63,791 bases of DNA, filler included, from Octopus bimaculoides (GCF_001194135.2; 7 parts of 7 records of this genome joined end to end with filler, not necessarily neighbours in it); one strand, 5' to 3'; counted from the first letter of the whole stretch, positions 1 through 13,335 are shown. Notes: a model not told the origin generated them from the letters alone. A program made the numbers and translations.

Positions 1-37
1 TATACCACCAGTCTTCGTCTTTTGTTTTTTTTGTGAA

Positions 38-95
<58 letters not shown>

Positions 96-702
96 TGAGA
101 GAGAGAGGGGGAGGGAGAGATATACGACGGGATTCTTTCAGTTTCCGTCAACCAAATTCACACACAAAGATTTGGAAGTATTTGGGATACGATTGAATAT
201 TCATCACCGAAACGGACAGAGATCCCCATCCTTTATTCATTTACTTATTTTTACATTTTACCCCTCTGGTATGCTATAGTAAAATATATAAAAATTTATG
301 GATTGTACTAGAGGAAAGCCTGCTCACTCCTTTCTTTTTAATTATGTCAATAAACAAGTGAAAACTATGTGCTTAGTGGTTCCAGTAGATATGTCACCGA
401 TTCGTTGACACATGTGATGACTAACTTAAAGACTATTGTTTGCTCATCACTAACGGCACGGCATCAAGTCTCCTCTGTTTAATTAACGGGACTGCCAAAC
501 TAAGAAATAAACAAAGCAATCAGTTGATTCGGAAGTCAACTTTGCTTCAATGTCTTGACCTCACGTACAACATGCTCTTTGGTACATAAGCAAATGAAGA
601 ATTCTGTGCGTTCGTATGAATGTAAGCGTGCTTTGAGTGTGTGTGTGTGTACGTATGTATGTGTCTATGTATATATGGGTGTGAGTGTGCATNNNNNNNN
701 NN

Positions 703-756
<54 letters not shown>

Positions 757-1380
757 GAGAGAGAGAAAGAGAGAGTGAAGGAAAGAGAATGGAGAGAAAA
801 ATATACACTGGTTAGTATAATAGGACTTATGGTGTGGTATATATATNNNNNNNNNNTCTGTATGTATGTGTGTTTATATATACTCTGTATGTATGCAGGC
901 AAATGTGAAGTGAATTACAATTTCTAGTTTATGTTTTTATTTAACTAAAATAGCCTTTGTCAACACTCCACTAATACTACTTCGTTCATGTGCCTTTCTA
1001 TCAGTATGGTGTGTTCTTATAGTTCTTCATGTGAGAAAGAAATTTCGCCAACTTTTGATCAGAGGTTACTTTTATCCCATCAGACTATATCTTGGGACTT
1101 TCAAATAACTTCTAGCTATATGATACATAAGGTGCATAAGTATCCTCTTCTCCGAAAGTACACTCATAATCACCTGCGAAACCCAATTTTCCGTTACTGA
1201 CAACGTTGATTGTCTCTCACAGTCTTATATATTGAATCACTCATAATTTCTGAAAACCGCTATACGTGATTAAAACTGGCTATTGCTTACGTCATAGGGC
1301 GCTATAAATCTTTATATGTGTACATATATACATATGTGTGTGTATATATATGCGTGTGCGTACGTGTATATATATGTATA

Positions 1381-1435
<55 letters not shown>

Positions 1436-2408
1436 NNNNNNNNNNNNNNNNNNNNNNNNNNNNNNNNNNNNNNNNNNNNNNNNNNNNNNNNNNNNNNNNN
1501 NNNNNNNNNNNNNNNNNNNNNNNNNNNNNNNNNNNNNNNNNNNNNNNNNNNNNNNNNNNNNNNNNNNNNNNNNNNNNNNNNNNNNNNNNNNNNNNNNNNN
1601 NNNNNNNNNNNNNNNNNNNNNNNNNNNNNNNNNNNNNNNNNNNNNNNNNNNNNNNNNNNNNNNNNNNNNNNNNNNNNNNNNNNNNNNNNNNNNNNNNNNN
1701 NNNNNNNNNNNNNNNNNNNNNNNNNNNNNNNNNNNNNNNNNNNNNNNNNNNNNNNNNNNNNNNNNNNNNNNNNNNNNNNNNNNNNNNNNNNNNNNNNNNN
1801 NNNNNNNNNNNNNNNNNNNNNNNNNNNNNNNNNNNNNNNNNNNNNNNNNNNNNNNNNNNNNNNNNNNNNNNNNNNNNNNNNNNNNNNNNNNNNNNNNNNN
1901 NNNNNNNNNNNNNNNNNNNNNNNNNNNNNNNNNNNNNNNNNNNNNNNNNNNNNNNNNNNNNNNNNNNNNNNNNNNNNNNNNNNNNNNNNNNNNNNNNNNN
2001 NNNNNNNNNNNNNNNNNNNNNNNNNNNNNNNNNNNNNNNNNNNNNNNNNNNNNNNNNNNNNNNNNNNNNNNNNNNNNNNNNNNNNNNNNNNNNNNNNNNN
2101 NNNNNNNNNNNNNNNNNNNNNNNNNNNNNNNNNNNNNNNNNNNNNNNNNNNNNNNNNNNNNNNNNNNNNNNNNNNNNNNNNNNNNNNNNNNNNNNNNNNN
2201 NNNNNNNNNNNNNNNNNNNNNNNNNNNNNNNNNNNNNNNNNNNNNNNNNNNNNNNNNNNNNNNNNNNNNNNNNNNNNNNNNNNNNNNNNNNNNNNNNNNN
2301 NNNNNNNNNNNNNNNNNNNNNNNNNNNNNNNNNNNNNNNNNNNNNNNNNNNNNNNNNNNNNNNNNNNNNNNNNNNNNNNNNNNNNNNNNNNNNNNNNNNN
2401 NNNNNNNN

Positions 2409-2439
<31 letters not shown>

Positions 2440-3703
2440 TCCTAACTACTGATCTTAACCCATTTCCTTCTAACTTTTTCTTTCCTGTTTGCCCTTTTCC
2501 TTTTACTTGTTTCAATTGTTGTACTGTGGTCATATTAGAGTACCGTCTTTGATTCTGTGCCAATTCATCGTCTGAAGCCATTCCCTGTTTCTGGCGCGCT
2601 GGTGCAACACGCATCCACCGCTCTCTTCCGACAACTAAGGATTTCTTATATTTAACCAATGCGCTAAATACATAAAAAGGAGAAATTTAACTACATTGAA
2701 AGCAAGCAATGTCAAACAGCCTGAATAGAATTTTCGAATCTTATGGGGGTCTCATCTGTAGTGTCTCTGTCACTTAACAAATCTCAGAGAAATAAAAAAA
2801 AAAACCCAATATGTTTATATACACAACGAATCCAGTAGCTTCAGAGAGCGGGAGCGACTGATTTGCATATATAAGTATTTCAAACTTTATATATATCAGT
2901 GACCTAACTACGGGAATCTCAGTTCACAAGTCTGCAATGTAGGAGAGTGGAAAATGGACATAACATAACCCATTAAATAAACGATAATATTTCACTGGCA
3001 CTTGTTTTATCGATCTCACTAAAGAATGAAAAGGAAAAACGAGTCTTGTGGTAATTGAACACTGGATGGCAAAGATATGCAAGAAAAAATTGACAAAACT
3101 AAGCCATTGTTAGTTCCAAACTTGAAGAATGATTTGCTGCGACGCTCACAGCTGCTGCATTGTAAGTTTAACAAGAATGTTCGTTAGCTAGAAGCGTTCT
3201 GTGTTCAGCTCATCCTATGGGTGCGGCCAGAAAAAGCAGTTGGACATCACTAGAACTATCTGTAAGTGAATAAGGATGATTACTTGTTGTTGAATACGGC
3301 TGATCAGTCGATGAACAGCCGAGTGATTAACTCCATCGTCTGATAAAACATGGACTGACTAAACAAGGAAGATCTCGCTATATTAGCTATTGATTTTTTT
3401 TCTTTCTGTTCATACATGCCGCGATGAAACAAGCTTCCCGCCACTCTCTCTCCCTTTCTCTCACGCTCTTTCTCATACATACATACATACATACATACAT
3501 ACATACATACATACATACATANNNNNNNNNNNNNNNNNNNNNNNNNNNNNNNNNNNNNNNNNNNNNNNNNNNNNNNNNNNNNNNNNNNNNNNNNNNNNNN
3601 NNNNNNNNNNNNNNNNNNNNNNNNNNNNNNNNNNNNNNNNNTATATATATGTGTATGTGCACGTACATAAACACAAACATACAAATGTTTAGATATACAT
3701 CTA

Positions 3704-3738
<35 letters not shown>

Positions 3739-3769
3739 TTATCTGTCTGTCTATCTATATATATGTATA

Positions 3770-3800
<31 letters not shown>

Positions 3801-4616
3801 CTATAGAGAGAGAGATAGCTACATATACACGTACATACATATACACATACACATATATATTTGTATATATATATATGAGTACGTGCGTGTGTATCTGTGT
3901 GTAGTGTGTGGGTGCGTGTGTTTATGCACGCGCGCGCGTGTGTATTTGTGTGTGTGTGTGTGTGTGTGTGTGTATGCGCGCGCGAACGCGTAACAGAGTT
4001 ATTTCTAGTCCATAAATAGACTAGCAACATTAATAGTTGTCGGTTGGTTGCGATGGTTGGCAACTTTCATTCAAAATGTCTATTTTCATATTCCAGCCGT
4101 AGTTAGTGGTTGACAACCAACCAATTTTTGGTTTTCACTTCACTCATTTAATGTTACTCTAAGGAAACGAAACCATCGAGTAATGCAACGATAGGAACGG
4201 GTAGAGCTGTGTGGTTAGGATATTCACTTCACAAGCACAAGATCACGTGTTCGATTCCACTTGCAACTCCTTTGTAAGTGGCTTCTACTCTGACCATCAG
4301 TCGATCAAAGCATTATGAATGAAATTTATGTCGATGGAATCTGCGCTGAACTCTTCAGATGTGTGTGTGTAATATAATATATTCTTTCTACTATAGGTAC
4401 AAGGCCTGAAATATTTTAAGGGACTGGACTCAACTGGTACTTGTTTCATCGACCCCAGAAGGATGAGAGTAAAGTCGACTTCGACGGAATTTGAACTGAA
4501 GAGGTAAAGTCGGACGAAATGACAAAAAATATTTTGTCCGGCGCTCAAACGATTCTGCAAGCTTGCCACCTTAAAATATAATATATTATATAATGTATTA
4601 TGCGTGTGTGTGTGTG

Positions 4617-4657
<41 letters not shown>

Positions 4658-4698
4658 ATATACATATATACACTTGTTAACCCATATATATATATATG

Positions 4699-4948
4699 TA
4701 TATATAATTGTTAAACAGGACAGCAAACGTTAAGGCAAGGCAAACATCTCAAGACGTATACAATATTATTATAGGGAGAAATTCAAATTCTTACAGCTGT
4801 TTCTAGGACATCCCCGAATATTGGATATCCCGTCATCAGAGACAAATTGGGAAAAATAGGGAAAATGAGACTGGTGTATATTAATGAGATGACGACATAG
4901 AGGAAGGGAAGAAAGAATAAGGAGATAGAAAGAAAGAAGAAAAAGTAA
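4699..4948 (-). mobile_element. PLE-type pseudo-LTR/3' terminal repeat (family A), copy 1, carrying a hammerhead motif
   Basis: Inverted copy of 5025-5290 and homologous to 5570-5839 and 19885-20330. Contains the HHR at 4789-4842 and ends in (TA)n. Confidence 0.75.
4789..4842 (-). ncRNA. Minimal type-I hammerhead ribozyme, family A, core intact
   Basis: Minus strand: UCU-CUGAUGA-C-GGGAUAUCC/GGAUGUCCU-A-GAAA-CAGCUG-UA|AGA. Helix III is the palindrome ACAGCUGU. Predicted cut GUA between 4792 and 4791. There is a C·A opposition at the base of helix II. Confidence 0.75.
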
Positions 4949-4949
4949 G

Positions 4950-5420
4950 CATGGATCTACCCAGGATAGCACCTAAGGACTCATGCTCTGGTTACTATAA
5001 CTTCCGAAAATTGAACTATGAACTTTTATGTTTCTTTTTTCTTTTTTCTTTCCATCTCCTTATTTTTTTACTCCCTTCCTCTTCCTCTACGTCGTCCTCA
5101 TTAATATATGCCATTCTCATTTTCCTTATTTTCCCCTATTTGTCTCTTACGACAGAATATCACATTCTCGGGGATATCACAGAAACAGCTGTAAGATTTT
5201 GAATTTCTTCCTATAATAATATTGTATACGACTTGAGATATTTGCTTTGCCTTAATGTTTGCTGTCCTGTTTAACAATTATATATCTGCTGCATCTGAAA
5301 TCTGCAATGGCTCCATAACTACCGTCTCGGCTATAATCTTGAAGCCCTAGTAATCCGTTACAGCACTTTCCTGCATACCTAATCGTTTATATCACCTGTG
5401 AACTAAACCCCCATACTTTG
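4950..5420 (+). mobile_element. Family A pseudo-LTR, copy 2 (longest 3' extent), with core-mutated hammerhead at 5143-5195
   Basis: Homologous to the reverse complement of 19885-20330. The HHR reads UCU-CUUACGA...GAAA-CAGCUG-UA|AGA (G5 to U in the core). It ends in (TA)n at a gap. Confidence 0.75.
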
Positions 5421-5569
5421 TATATATNNNNNNNNNNNNNNNNNNNNNNNNNNNNNNNNNNNNNNNNNNNNNNNNNNNNNNNNNNNNNNNNNNNNNNNNN
5501 NNNNNNNNNNNNNNNNNNNNNNNNNNNNNNNNNNNNNNNNNNNATATATATATATATATATATATACAC

Positions 5570-5839
5570 ACAAAATATGAGGGTTTAGTTCACAGGTGAT
5601 ATAAACGATTAGCTACACAGGTAAGTGCTGTAACGGATTACTAGGGCTCCAAGATTATAGCCGAGGTAGTAGTTATGGAGCCATTGCAGATTTCAGATGC
5701 AGCGGATATATAATTGTTAAACAGGACAGCAAACATTAAGGCAAAGCAAATATCTCAAGTCGTATACAATATTATTATTGGAAGAAATTCAAAATCTTAC
5801 AGCTGTTTCTGGGATATCCCCGAGTATGGAATATTCTGT
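5570..5839 (-). mobile_element. Family A pseudo-LTR, copy 3, 5'-truncated within the hammerhead
   Basis: About 90% or more identical by eye to the reverse complement of 5160-5420. It retains helix II-GAAA-CAGCUG-UA|AGA (5795-5839), but CUGAUGA is replaced by (TA)n. Confidence 0.75.
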
Positions 5840-5885
5840 ATATATATATCTGTAATATAATACGTGAAAATTATTCGATTGCCAT

Positions 5886-5946
5886 AATAAGACTCCGAGT
5901 TTCGAATGTCAGGGCGGAAAACTGCTCCGGCATCTCGTCAGCTATC
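5886..5946 (-). ncRNA. Minimal hammerhead ribozyme, family B
   Basis: Minus strand: GAUAG-CUGACGA-GAUG...CAUUC-GAAA-CUC-G-GAG-UC|UUAUU. Helix I is 5 bp (2 G-U). Predicted cut GUC between 5891 and 5890. Confidence 0.7.
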
Positions 5947-6463
5947 TATAAGTGCTAAGAAATACTTACCTATATCAAAGGTCACTTCGGGGGAGTAAGG
6001 GGGTGTGAACCAGATAGTTTTCCTATTTTTATGTTTCCTTTTCTTTATTATTGGACTGGTGACAGGTGTATAGGTTATTTCCTCGCTAAATCCACTGTCT
6101 TTTAGAGCATTATTATATACTGGTGCAACGCTATTAAAAATGTCCCTATCGGAGGAGAGGCTAGAAATTCTTTTGCTAATGTTTTTAACTAAATTTTTAA
6201 ACACTAAGAGGGGATGGCAGGAACCCACATTAATATAACTAAGTCTATCATTGGGCTTCCAATAAGGTTTGTAAATATTCTTATTTAGATCTAAGGATAT
6301 ATTTAGGAAATTGACAGCCGTCAGGTTGGTATCTGGAGTTATACGAAGACCGAAAGTTTTCATCAGTTGGATAATGTCCTTCTGAAACTGATCTTGTGCT
6401 GCTCCATTGGTATTTGTGGTTAAAGCTAGGGCATCATCTTTGTAAATGGCGAAATAATCAAAG
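5938..6463 (-). mobile_element. Penelope-like element fragment: RT catalytic motif, thumb and linker
   Basis: In frame upstream of the listed ORF is DYFAIYKDDALA (YxDD at 6433-6444). It continues FLNISLDL..YKPYWKP..YINVGSCHP, SKRISSLSS..IFNSVAPVYNNALKDSGF and IWFTPPYS..IGKYFLALID, which are typical PLE motifs. The 5' end is lost in a gap. Confidence 0.9.
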
Positions 6464-6577
6464 NNNNNNNNNNNNNNNNNNNNNNNNNNNNNNNNNNNNN
6501 NNNNNNNNNNNNNNNNNNNNNNNNNNNNNNNNNNNNNNNNNNNNNNNNNNNNNNNNNNNNNNNNNNNNNNNNNNNNN

Positions 6578-6615
<38 letters not shown>

Positions 6616-6851
6616 AATGTAAGATCCAAAGATCGAGGTGTAGGAAGAAGGCTAGCTTCAAGCAAACCGTAAAAAATATAGAAAACAACTTTCAGGAACA
6701 ATAGTGGTTTATTGCGGTGGAAAGTTGTAGATTTTTTCCGTATCAAAGTATGGTAAGCTGAAAAAATGTTTTATATTTTACAGTAGGCAAGCAGGGTTGC
6801 CAATTATGCGAATAAAATACAAGAGTTGAGAAATGGAGTAGATAATATCCG

Positions 6852-6935
6852 AGCGACGTATCTTTCATAACGAGCGGAATCTCGGAAGTAGTAAATATCC
6901 AAGCAAAGTGTATGCCGCTAGCCACTCTTCGGGCT
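6852..6935 (-). ncRNA. Degenerate hammerhead motif
   Basis: Minus strand: AGC-CCGAAGA-GUGGCUAGCGG/CCGCUCGUUAU-GAAA-GAUAC-GUC|GCU. Helices I and II pair, but U4 to C and the helix III mismatch suggest inactivity. Confidence 0.45.
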
Positions 6936-9131
6936 AAGGGTATCTTACTTAAATGAAAAGAGGTACAGGTCGACACATGGACGATTCGATCATTCCTTAA
7001 CTCTTGTATGTATGTATGTATGTATGTATGTATGTATGTATGTATGTATGTATGTATGTGTGTGTGTATGTGTTTGCGCGCGCGCGTACACCTACAATAT
7101 ATACCACGAAGTTCAATATTAAAATTGGTGTATAAAAAAATGTTCCTTGTGGCATTTGGTTCTGTACAAGTTATGTACCTTTTCACTCGGTAGATTTCAA
7201 TAGAAATATAAATTTTGCCAATAGGAAGATAATTGAAATACTAGGCTCAGTGTTATCAGGTTCAATATAATCCACTGAAAAACTTAAGTGATAGAGAGAG
7301 AGAGACGAGGAGGGAGAAGGAAAAAGAAAAAGATCCGGTGGAAAGAGAAAGAGAGATAGAAAGCAAGAGAGATATGAAAGAATAATAAAAAAAGAGCGGC
7401 GGTATAGTAGGAAAAGACTTCATGACGGAGTAGAGTGTAATGGAGGTGATTACAGACATTTAAAAGCTGAAACGAATTATGGAAAGTCAAATTTAATATG
7501 ATACAACTGGCAAAAGAAGTGGAGAGAAAGAAATGGAAATAAAAAAAGCTGAACGAAAAATGAACTAAATAAGAAAAAAGGAAGATATGAAAATATCGAG
7601 GAATTAAAGTCATAATGAATAAAAAATGTATACAGAATGAGATAAAAACACACTCAATCACAAATCGAATGAGATGAAAAAAACATGCGTATAATCATAA
7701 ATGTTTATACGCATGTATGTAATAAAAGTATGAATGCATATGCTTGCATATATTTATATATACATATGTATATATTTATGTATGTATATGTGTATGTATA
7801 TATGTGTTTATGTGTATATATATGTGTGTGTGTACATGTGCGTGTGTATTTACATATATANNNNNNNNNNNNNNNNNNNNNNNNNNNNNNNNNNNNNNNN
7901 NNNNNNNNNNNNNNNNNNNNNNNNNNNNNNNNNNNNNNNNNNNNNNNNNNNNNNNNNNNNNNNNNNNNNNNNNNNNNNNNNNNNNNNNNNNNNNNNNNNN
8001 NNNNNNNNNNNNNNNNNNNNNNNNNNNNNNNNNNNNNNNNNNNNNNNNNNNNNNNNNNNNNNNNNNNNNNNNNNNNNNNNNNNNNNNNNNNNNNNNNNNN
8101 NNNNNNNNNNNNNNNNNNNNNNNNNNNNNNNNNNNNNNNNNNNNNNNNNNNNNNNNNNNNNNNNNNNNNNNNNNNNNNNNNNNNNNNNNNNNNNNNNNNN
8201 NNNNAGAGGGGGAGAGAGGGGGAGAGAGACGGAGAGAGAGAAATTGTCTTTAAGGAAAGTTGAGGTAAAATCCCAAAGATAAGACAGAGAAAGAGAGATA
8301 GGAAGGATAGAAACGTATGACAAAAAAAAAACAGAAATACAGAGATAAAGAGAGAGAGAGAGAGAGAGGGAGGAGAGAAAGAAAGAGAGACAGACAGAGA
8401 GAGACAAAGAAATGGAGTGAGGAGAGTTTGAGTGTGCGAAGTGGGGAGGAGAAATAAAATAGGAGATAAATGAGGGCAAAAAAAATGCGTAAAAGTCAAA
8501 GAAGGCAAAAACCAAACCAAAGCAAAACAATAACAAAAACAAATGACACGAGTTATAAAAAAGAAAGAAAGAGTATGTGAGTACCAAAGGACAGACAGAA
8601 AACAAACAAAAAAAAAAACAAAAAGAAAACGAGAACAAAATGAGTAAAACACAAACTATCCAAAAAGTAGGTCTTGACTGTTTGATGATGGATAACGTGG
8701 GGGTAGTAAGGAGTGTAGAGGTTGAGGTTGTAAGAATTTGCCGCTATAAAATATATCGGAACTCTTCGGAGGTGACCTACTGCACCAGAATGAGAACAGA
8801 TGTATCCGTAAACAAGAACAAATAGGAAAATGGAGGAAAAAAAAAAAAAGAAAAAAAGTGGAAAAGGCACAAATAAATGGAATAAAAATGAAGAGAAAAA
8901 AATAAGTAGACGATCGTTAGAAATGTTCTCTAACACAGAAACATACGGCAACATGCAAATAGGTTTCTGAGTTTAATGCACACACAAGCAAACCGACTGC
9001 ACACTACTGTGTGCACACTCATGCAAGGGCACGCACATACTACATAGTGATATGTATGTATATGTGTTTATGTGTATATATATTTATGTTTGTGTTTGCG
9101 TATGTGTGTATTTATGCATGTGTGTGTATAT

Positions 9132-9181
<50 letters not shown>

Positions 9182-9194
9182 GTCTATCTATCTG

Positions 9195-9233
<39 letters not shown>

Positions 9234-10080
9234 NNNNNNNNNNNNNNNNNNNNNNNNNNNNNNNNNNNNNNNNNNNNNNNNNNNNNNNNNNNNNNNNNNN
9301 NNNNNNNNNNNNNNNNNNNNNNNNNNNNNNNNNNNNNNNNNNNNNNNNNNNNNNNNNNNNNNNNNNNNNNNNNNNNNNNNNNNNNNNNNNNNNNNNNNNN
9401 NNNNNNNNNNNNNNNNNNNNNNNNNNNNNNNNNNNNNNNNNNNNNNNNNNNNNNNNNNNNNNNNNNNNNNNNNNNNNNNNNNNNNNNNNNNNNNNNNNNN
9501 NNNNNNNNNNNNNNNNNNNNNNNNNNNNNNNNNNNNNNNNNNNNNNNNNNNNNNNNNNNNNNNNNNNNNNNNNNNNNNNNNNNNNNNNNNNNNNNNNNNN
9601 NNNNNNNNNNNNNNNNNNNNNNNNNNNNNNNNNNNNNNNNNNNGTTCGTGTGCGTGTATGTGTGTATATGTGTACATGTGTGTGTGTGTGTGTGTGTGTG
9701 CGTGAGTATGTGTAGTCCGTTATTGAATGTTTTGTTCGTACAAAACTGAACATAAACTAAAAACTTAAAACAAATGAAAAAGTAAAAAGAACCCCCCCCC
9801 CTCCAAAACAACGTATTCGCTGGAAATGTAAATTCACATATCAATTTTATTGACTAGTGTTTCAATGTCTGGACAGTAAATGACCTTGATACATACATAC
9901 ATACATACATACATGCATACATACATACATACATGCATACATACATACACACGCAAACAGTGACAGTCTACTAGCTAGCACCGCTTTTGCTGAAGATAAG
10001 AGTTAAACAACCTCAAAAACCACATAATCACTGGCTTATTGACTGACGCTGGGACGTAATGTTAGTCCTCAACGTACTAT

Positions 10081-10136
10081 AGCCGGAATGCGATTTCAGA
10101 TTTTGATGTTGACCATCTGAATCCTCATCAGTGGCC
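10081..10136 (-). ncRNA. Degenerate hammerhead motif
   Basis: Minus strand: GGCCA-CUGAUGA-GGAUU..GAUG/CAUC..AAUCU-GAAA-UCGCAU-UC|CGGCU. Core and helix II are good, while helix III and base pair 1.1 are mismatched. Confidence 0.5.
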
Positions 10137-10289
10137 CTTTACGCTTCAGATTAAACTCAACTACCTCTGTCAGTCTTACAAGAAAAATAGTTGAAAGGAT
10201 GTGCTGATTTTCAAAACGGTAAAAGTATAAACAAGAAATGAAAAAGGGTGGCTTATTAGCAATTAGAACTTAAATAATAATATAACATC

Positions 10290-10430
10290 GAAAAATACCT
10301 TAGGAATGGGAACTCAGATTCGAAATTTTCCCAAGACACCTGATGAAGGCTGGAGGGTATATCAACCGAAACGTTGTGTTAACAACAAACAGGATGAGGA
10401 CAAATATCTATCAAATGTAAATAATGTAAG
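10290..10430 (+). mobile_element. PLE-type terminal repeat fragment (family D), second copy at 30380-30500
   Basis: Shares gaaatt..ccaagacacctgatgaaggctggagggtatatca.ccgaaacgt..gtt.acaacaaaca.gatgaggacaaata..tgtaaataatgtaa with 30380-30500. Confidence 0.7.
10335..10380 (+). ncRNA. Minimal hammerhead ribozyme, family D
   Basis: GACAC-CUGAUGA-A-GGCUGG/UCAACC-GAAA-CG-UU|GUGUU. Helix III is the palindrome ACGU, so it must dimerise. Predicted cut GUU between 10375 and 10376. Confidence 0.7.
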
Positions 10431-12097
10431 CGTAAAAGATTTAAGTAGAAACACTGTAATAAAACAAATCTGAGGCAGAAAAAGTGAGAGGTGAGAGAAA
10501 GGATGACAGCAAATGAGTAGGTAATAAACAGACAAACGAGAGAAAGAGAAGAAAGTGATAGAGGGGAGAGAAAGAGTAAGCGAGGTAGTGATATATAAAG
10601 GAGAGAGTTAGGAGAAGTTGATAGGTAGAGAGATATAGAGAGGAGAGGAGGTTGTTGATTATAAATATATTATGGAAGAAATTAAAGCATATATTTGATA
10701 AGTTATTTGAAATACAATGAATATGGCGATATAAAGACGAGGATCATCAACTGAAACATATTTAAACAGTTGGAAGTTTGAAGATATGTTTTATATTCGT
10801 TTCTATAAAACGAATAAACATAAATAAAACTATGTTCGTATCAAATGTATATGAAGGTATTATTTAAAGTGAAAATAAATACAGGCACACGAAAAAATGT
10901 GTGTATGTGAATAAATATAAATACACACATACATAAATAAGAATTGACATGCATACATAAATATACGCACCTACATACATATACTCACATATACAGATAT
11001 ACAGGTAAACACACATACACGCACACAAGGAGGCACACGCACACACAAACATATATATATATATGTATGTATGCATTTATTTGTACATACAATCTACATA
11101 CACATACACACACACATCATTTCATCCCTTTGTATCAGCGTATATAAATTTGATAAAAATTAAATTATGATTATTGCATGTATGACATATTTCCTGTTAC
11201 TACTCATTGTAGATACTTGTCATATGACTGGTAACACTCTGGTTTATATGTATATGTGTATGTATGTATGTGTATATATATANNNNNNNNNNNNNNNNNN
11301 NNNNNNNNNNNNNNNNNNNNNNNNNNNNNNNNNNNNNNNNNNNNNNNNNNNNNNNNNNNNNNNNNNNNNNNNNNNNNNNNNNNNNNNNNNNNNNNNNNNN
11401 NNNNNNNNNNNNNNNNNNNNNNNNNNNNNNNNNNNNNNNNNNNNNNNNNNNNNNNNNNNNNNNNNNNNNNNNNNNNNNNNNNNNNNNNNNNNNNNNNNNN
11501 NNNNNNNNNNNNNNNNNNNNNNNNNNNNNNNNNNNNNNNNNNNNNNNNNNNNNNNNNNNNNNNNNNNNNNNNNNNNNNNNNNNNNNNNNNNNNNNNNNNN
11601 NNNNNNNNNNNNNNNNNNNNNNNNNNNNNNNNNNNNNNNNNNNNNNNNNNNNNNNNNNNNNNNNNNNNNNNNNNNNNNNNNNNNNNNNNNNNNNNNNNNN
11701 NNNNNNNNNNNNNNNNNNNNNNNNNNNNNNNNNNNNNNNNNNNNNNNNNNNNNNNNNNNNNNNNNNNNNNNNNNNNNNNNNNNNNNNNNNNNNNNNNNNN
11801 NNNNNNNNNNNNNNNNNNNNNNNNNNNNNNNNNNNNNNNNNNNNNNNNNNNNNNNTGGACTAAAATTCTTCAAGGCGATGCCTCAGCATGGCCGCAGTTT
11901 AATGGCGGAAACAAATAAAATGCACGCTCACAAATACGCGCCCCCCCCCTCCACACAGACTCACATGTGTTGGTGTGATTACTCCACAGTCTGGAATTAA
12001 GGTCTGTATCTGTGTTTTGTTCGGGCATTAATATACATGTAATGCATATTTTATTCGAACTATTCAAAGTACGCGTACGTTTTTACGTTTGTATATC

Positions 12098-12136
<39 letters not shown>

Positions 12137-12396
12137 GTGTGTGCTATGTTCGTTACTCTGTCAGTGATTGTGTTTCTGGCCTCTGTGTGTGTGTTGTGTA
12201 TATGTGTGTATGTGTTTATATATGTCTGTGTGCTGTACCCTGTTATATAATGTACAAGGTATGTTGTTATCTTTACAATGGTTGATTACTGGTTATTGTA
12301 AACCTCAGTTCCTTAGTTACGGTCAACATCTTGACGTTGTTACAGTGTTACAGTTGTCCTTATGTCAACTGTTGGTCGCGTTATTGTTGTACTTAC

Positions 12397-12437
<41 letters not shown>

Positions 12438-13147
12438 GTAAGGAGGAGGAGGAGGAGGAGGTGGAGGGTGGCGACGACGACCACGATGGTGGCGATGATT
12501 ACCATGCAGTTACTATTAATTTGTTAAGCTGGTCAACTTTATGTCTAAGCTGTCTGTACATTTCTCATTGATTCGTTTATTTACAGTAGATTATTGGACG
12601 GACTTCGGGTGAAATCATCAAAGACATGGTAAAATTTACACAAATGCGTAAAGGCATCATATAGCCTCTTAAAATTAAATTCAACAAATTCAGACCTTCT
12701 CTAAGTTTTGTGCTACTCCTAAATGTTTACAGATTATAGTCTCTTTCTCTCCCTCTCTTTGCCTCTGTGTCTCTTTTGGATTTTATCCACCTGATTATTT
12801 CTAACTGTCTTCATTATAAATGGAGAATATTAATACCTGTAAATATATATACATATGTGTGTGTGTGTGTGTGTATGTGAGTGTGCGCGTGCGCGTATAT
12901 ACATATATCTCATATATAAGCATATATATTCACATGTATGTATATATGTGTACATATACGTTCATACATATATATGTATATACACGCATGCGCATATAAA
13001 TATATATGTACGTATATATTTGTATACACACACATAGACATATATAGACGTATATGTATTATACATATGCATATATTATTCATATATGCTAGCATATTTA
13101 TGCATATTATATATATATATATCTATATGTATACGTATATATATATC

Positions 13148-13229
13148 CTTTATTTAAAAGCAGCAGAAATATAACAAAAGAATGTTGAGTAACAGTCTTT
13201 TGCAATATTTCTGCTGCTTTTAAATAAAG
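13148..13229. repeat. 82-bp near-perfect palindrome (hairpin/MITE-like)
   Basis: Perfect 25-bp arms ctttatttaaaagcagcagaaatat / atatttctgctgcttttaaataaag, plus inner caaaaga.tgtt / aaca.tcttttg pairing. Confidence 0.9.
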
Positions 13230-13300
13230 CATATTACTCTACCTCTGGTATTTGAGTACTCTTTTTTCTACCTTGTTGCACATTTTATGTGCTTACTCCG

Positions 13301-13335
<35 letters not shown>

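Noticed and set aside
185-225. ..tcatcaccGAAACGGACAGAGA, resembling the 3' half of an HHR
   Set aside because: There is no CUGANGA upstream and the triplet is not NUH.
2440-2660. CpG-richer segment with a short minus-strand frame (WMRVAPARQKQGMASDD..) as a possible exon
   Set aside because: There is no recognisable homology, splice signals are weak, and the downstream part resembles a decayed SINE tail. A BLASTX or RNA-seq check would settle it.
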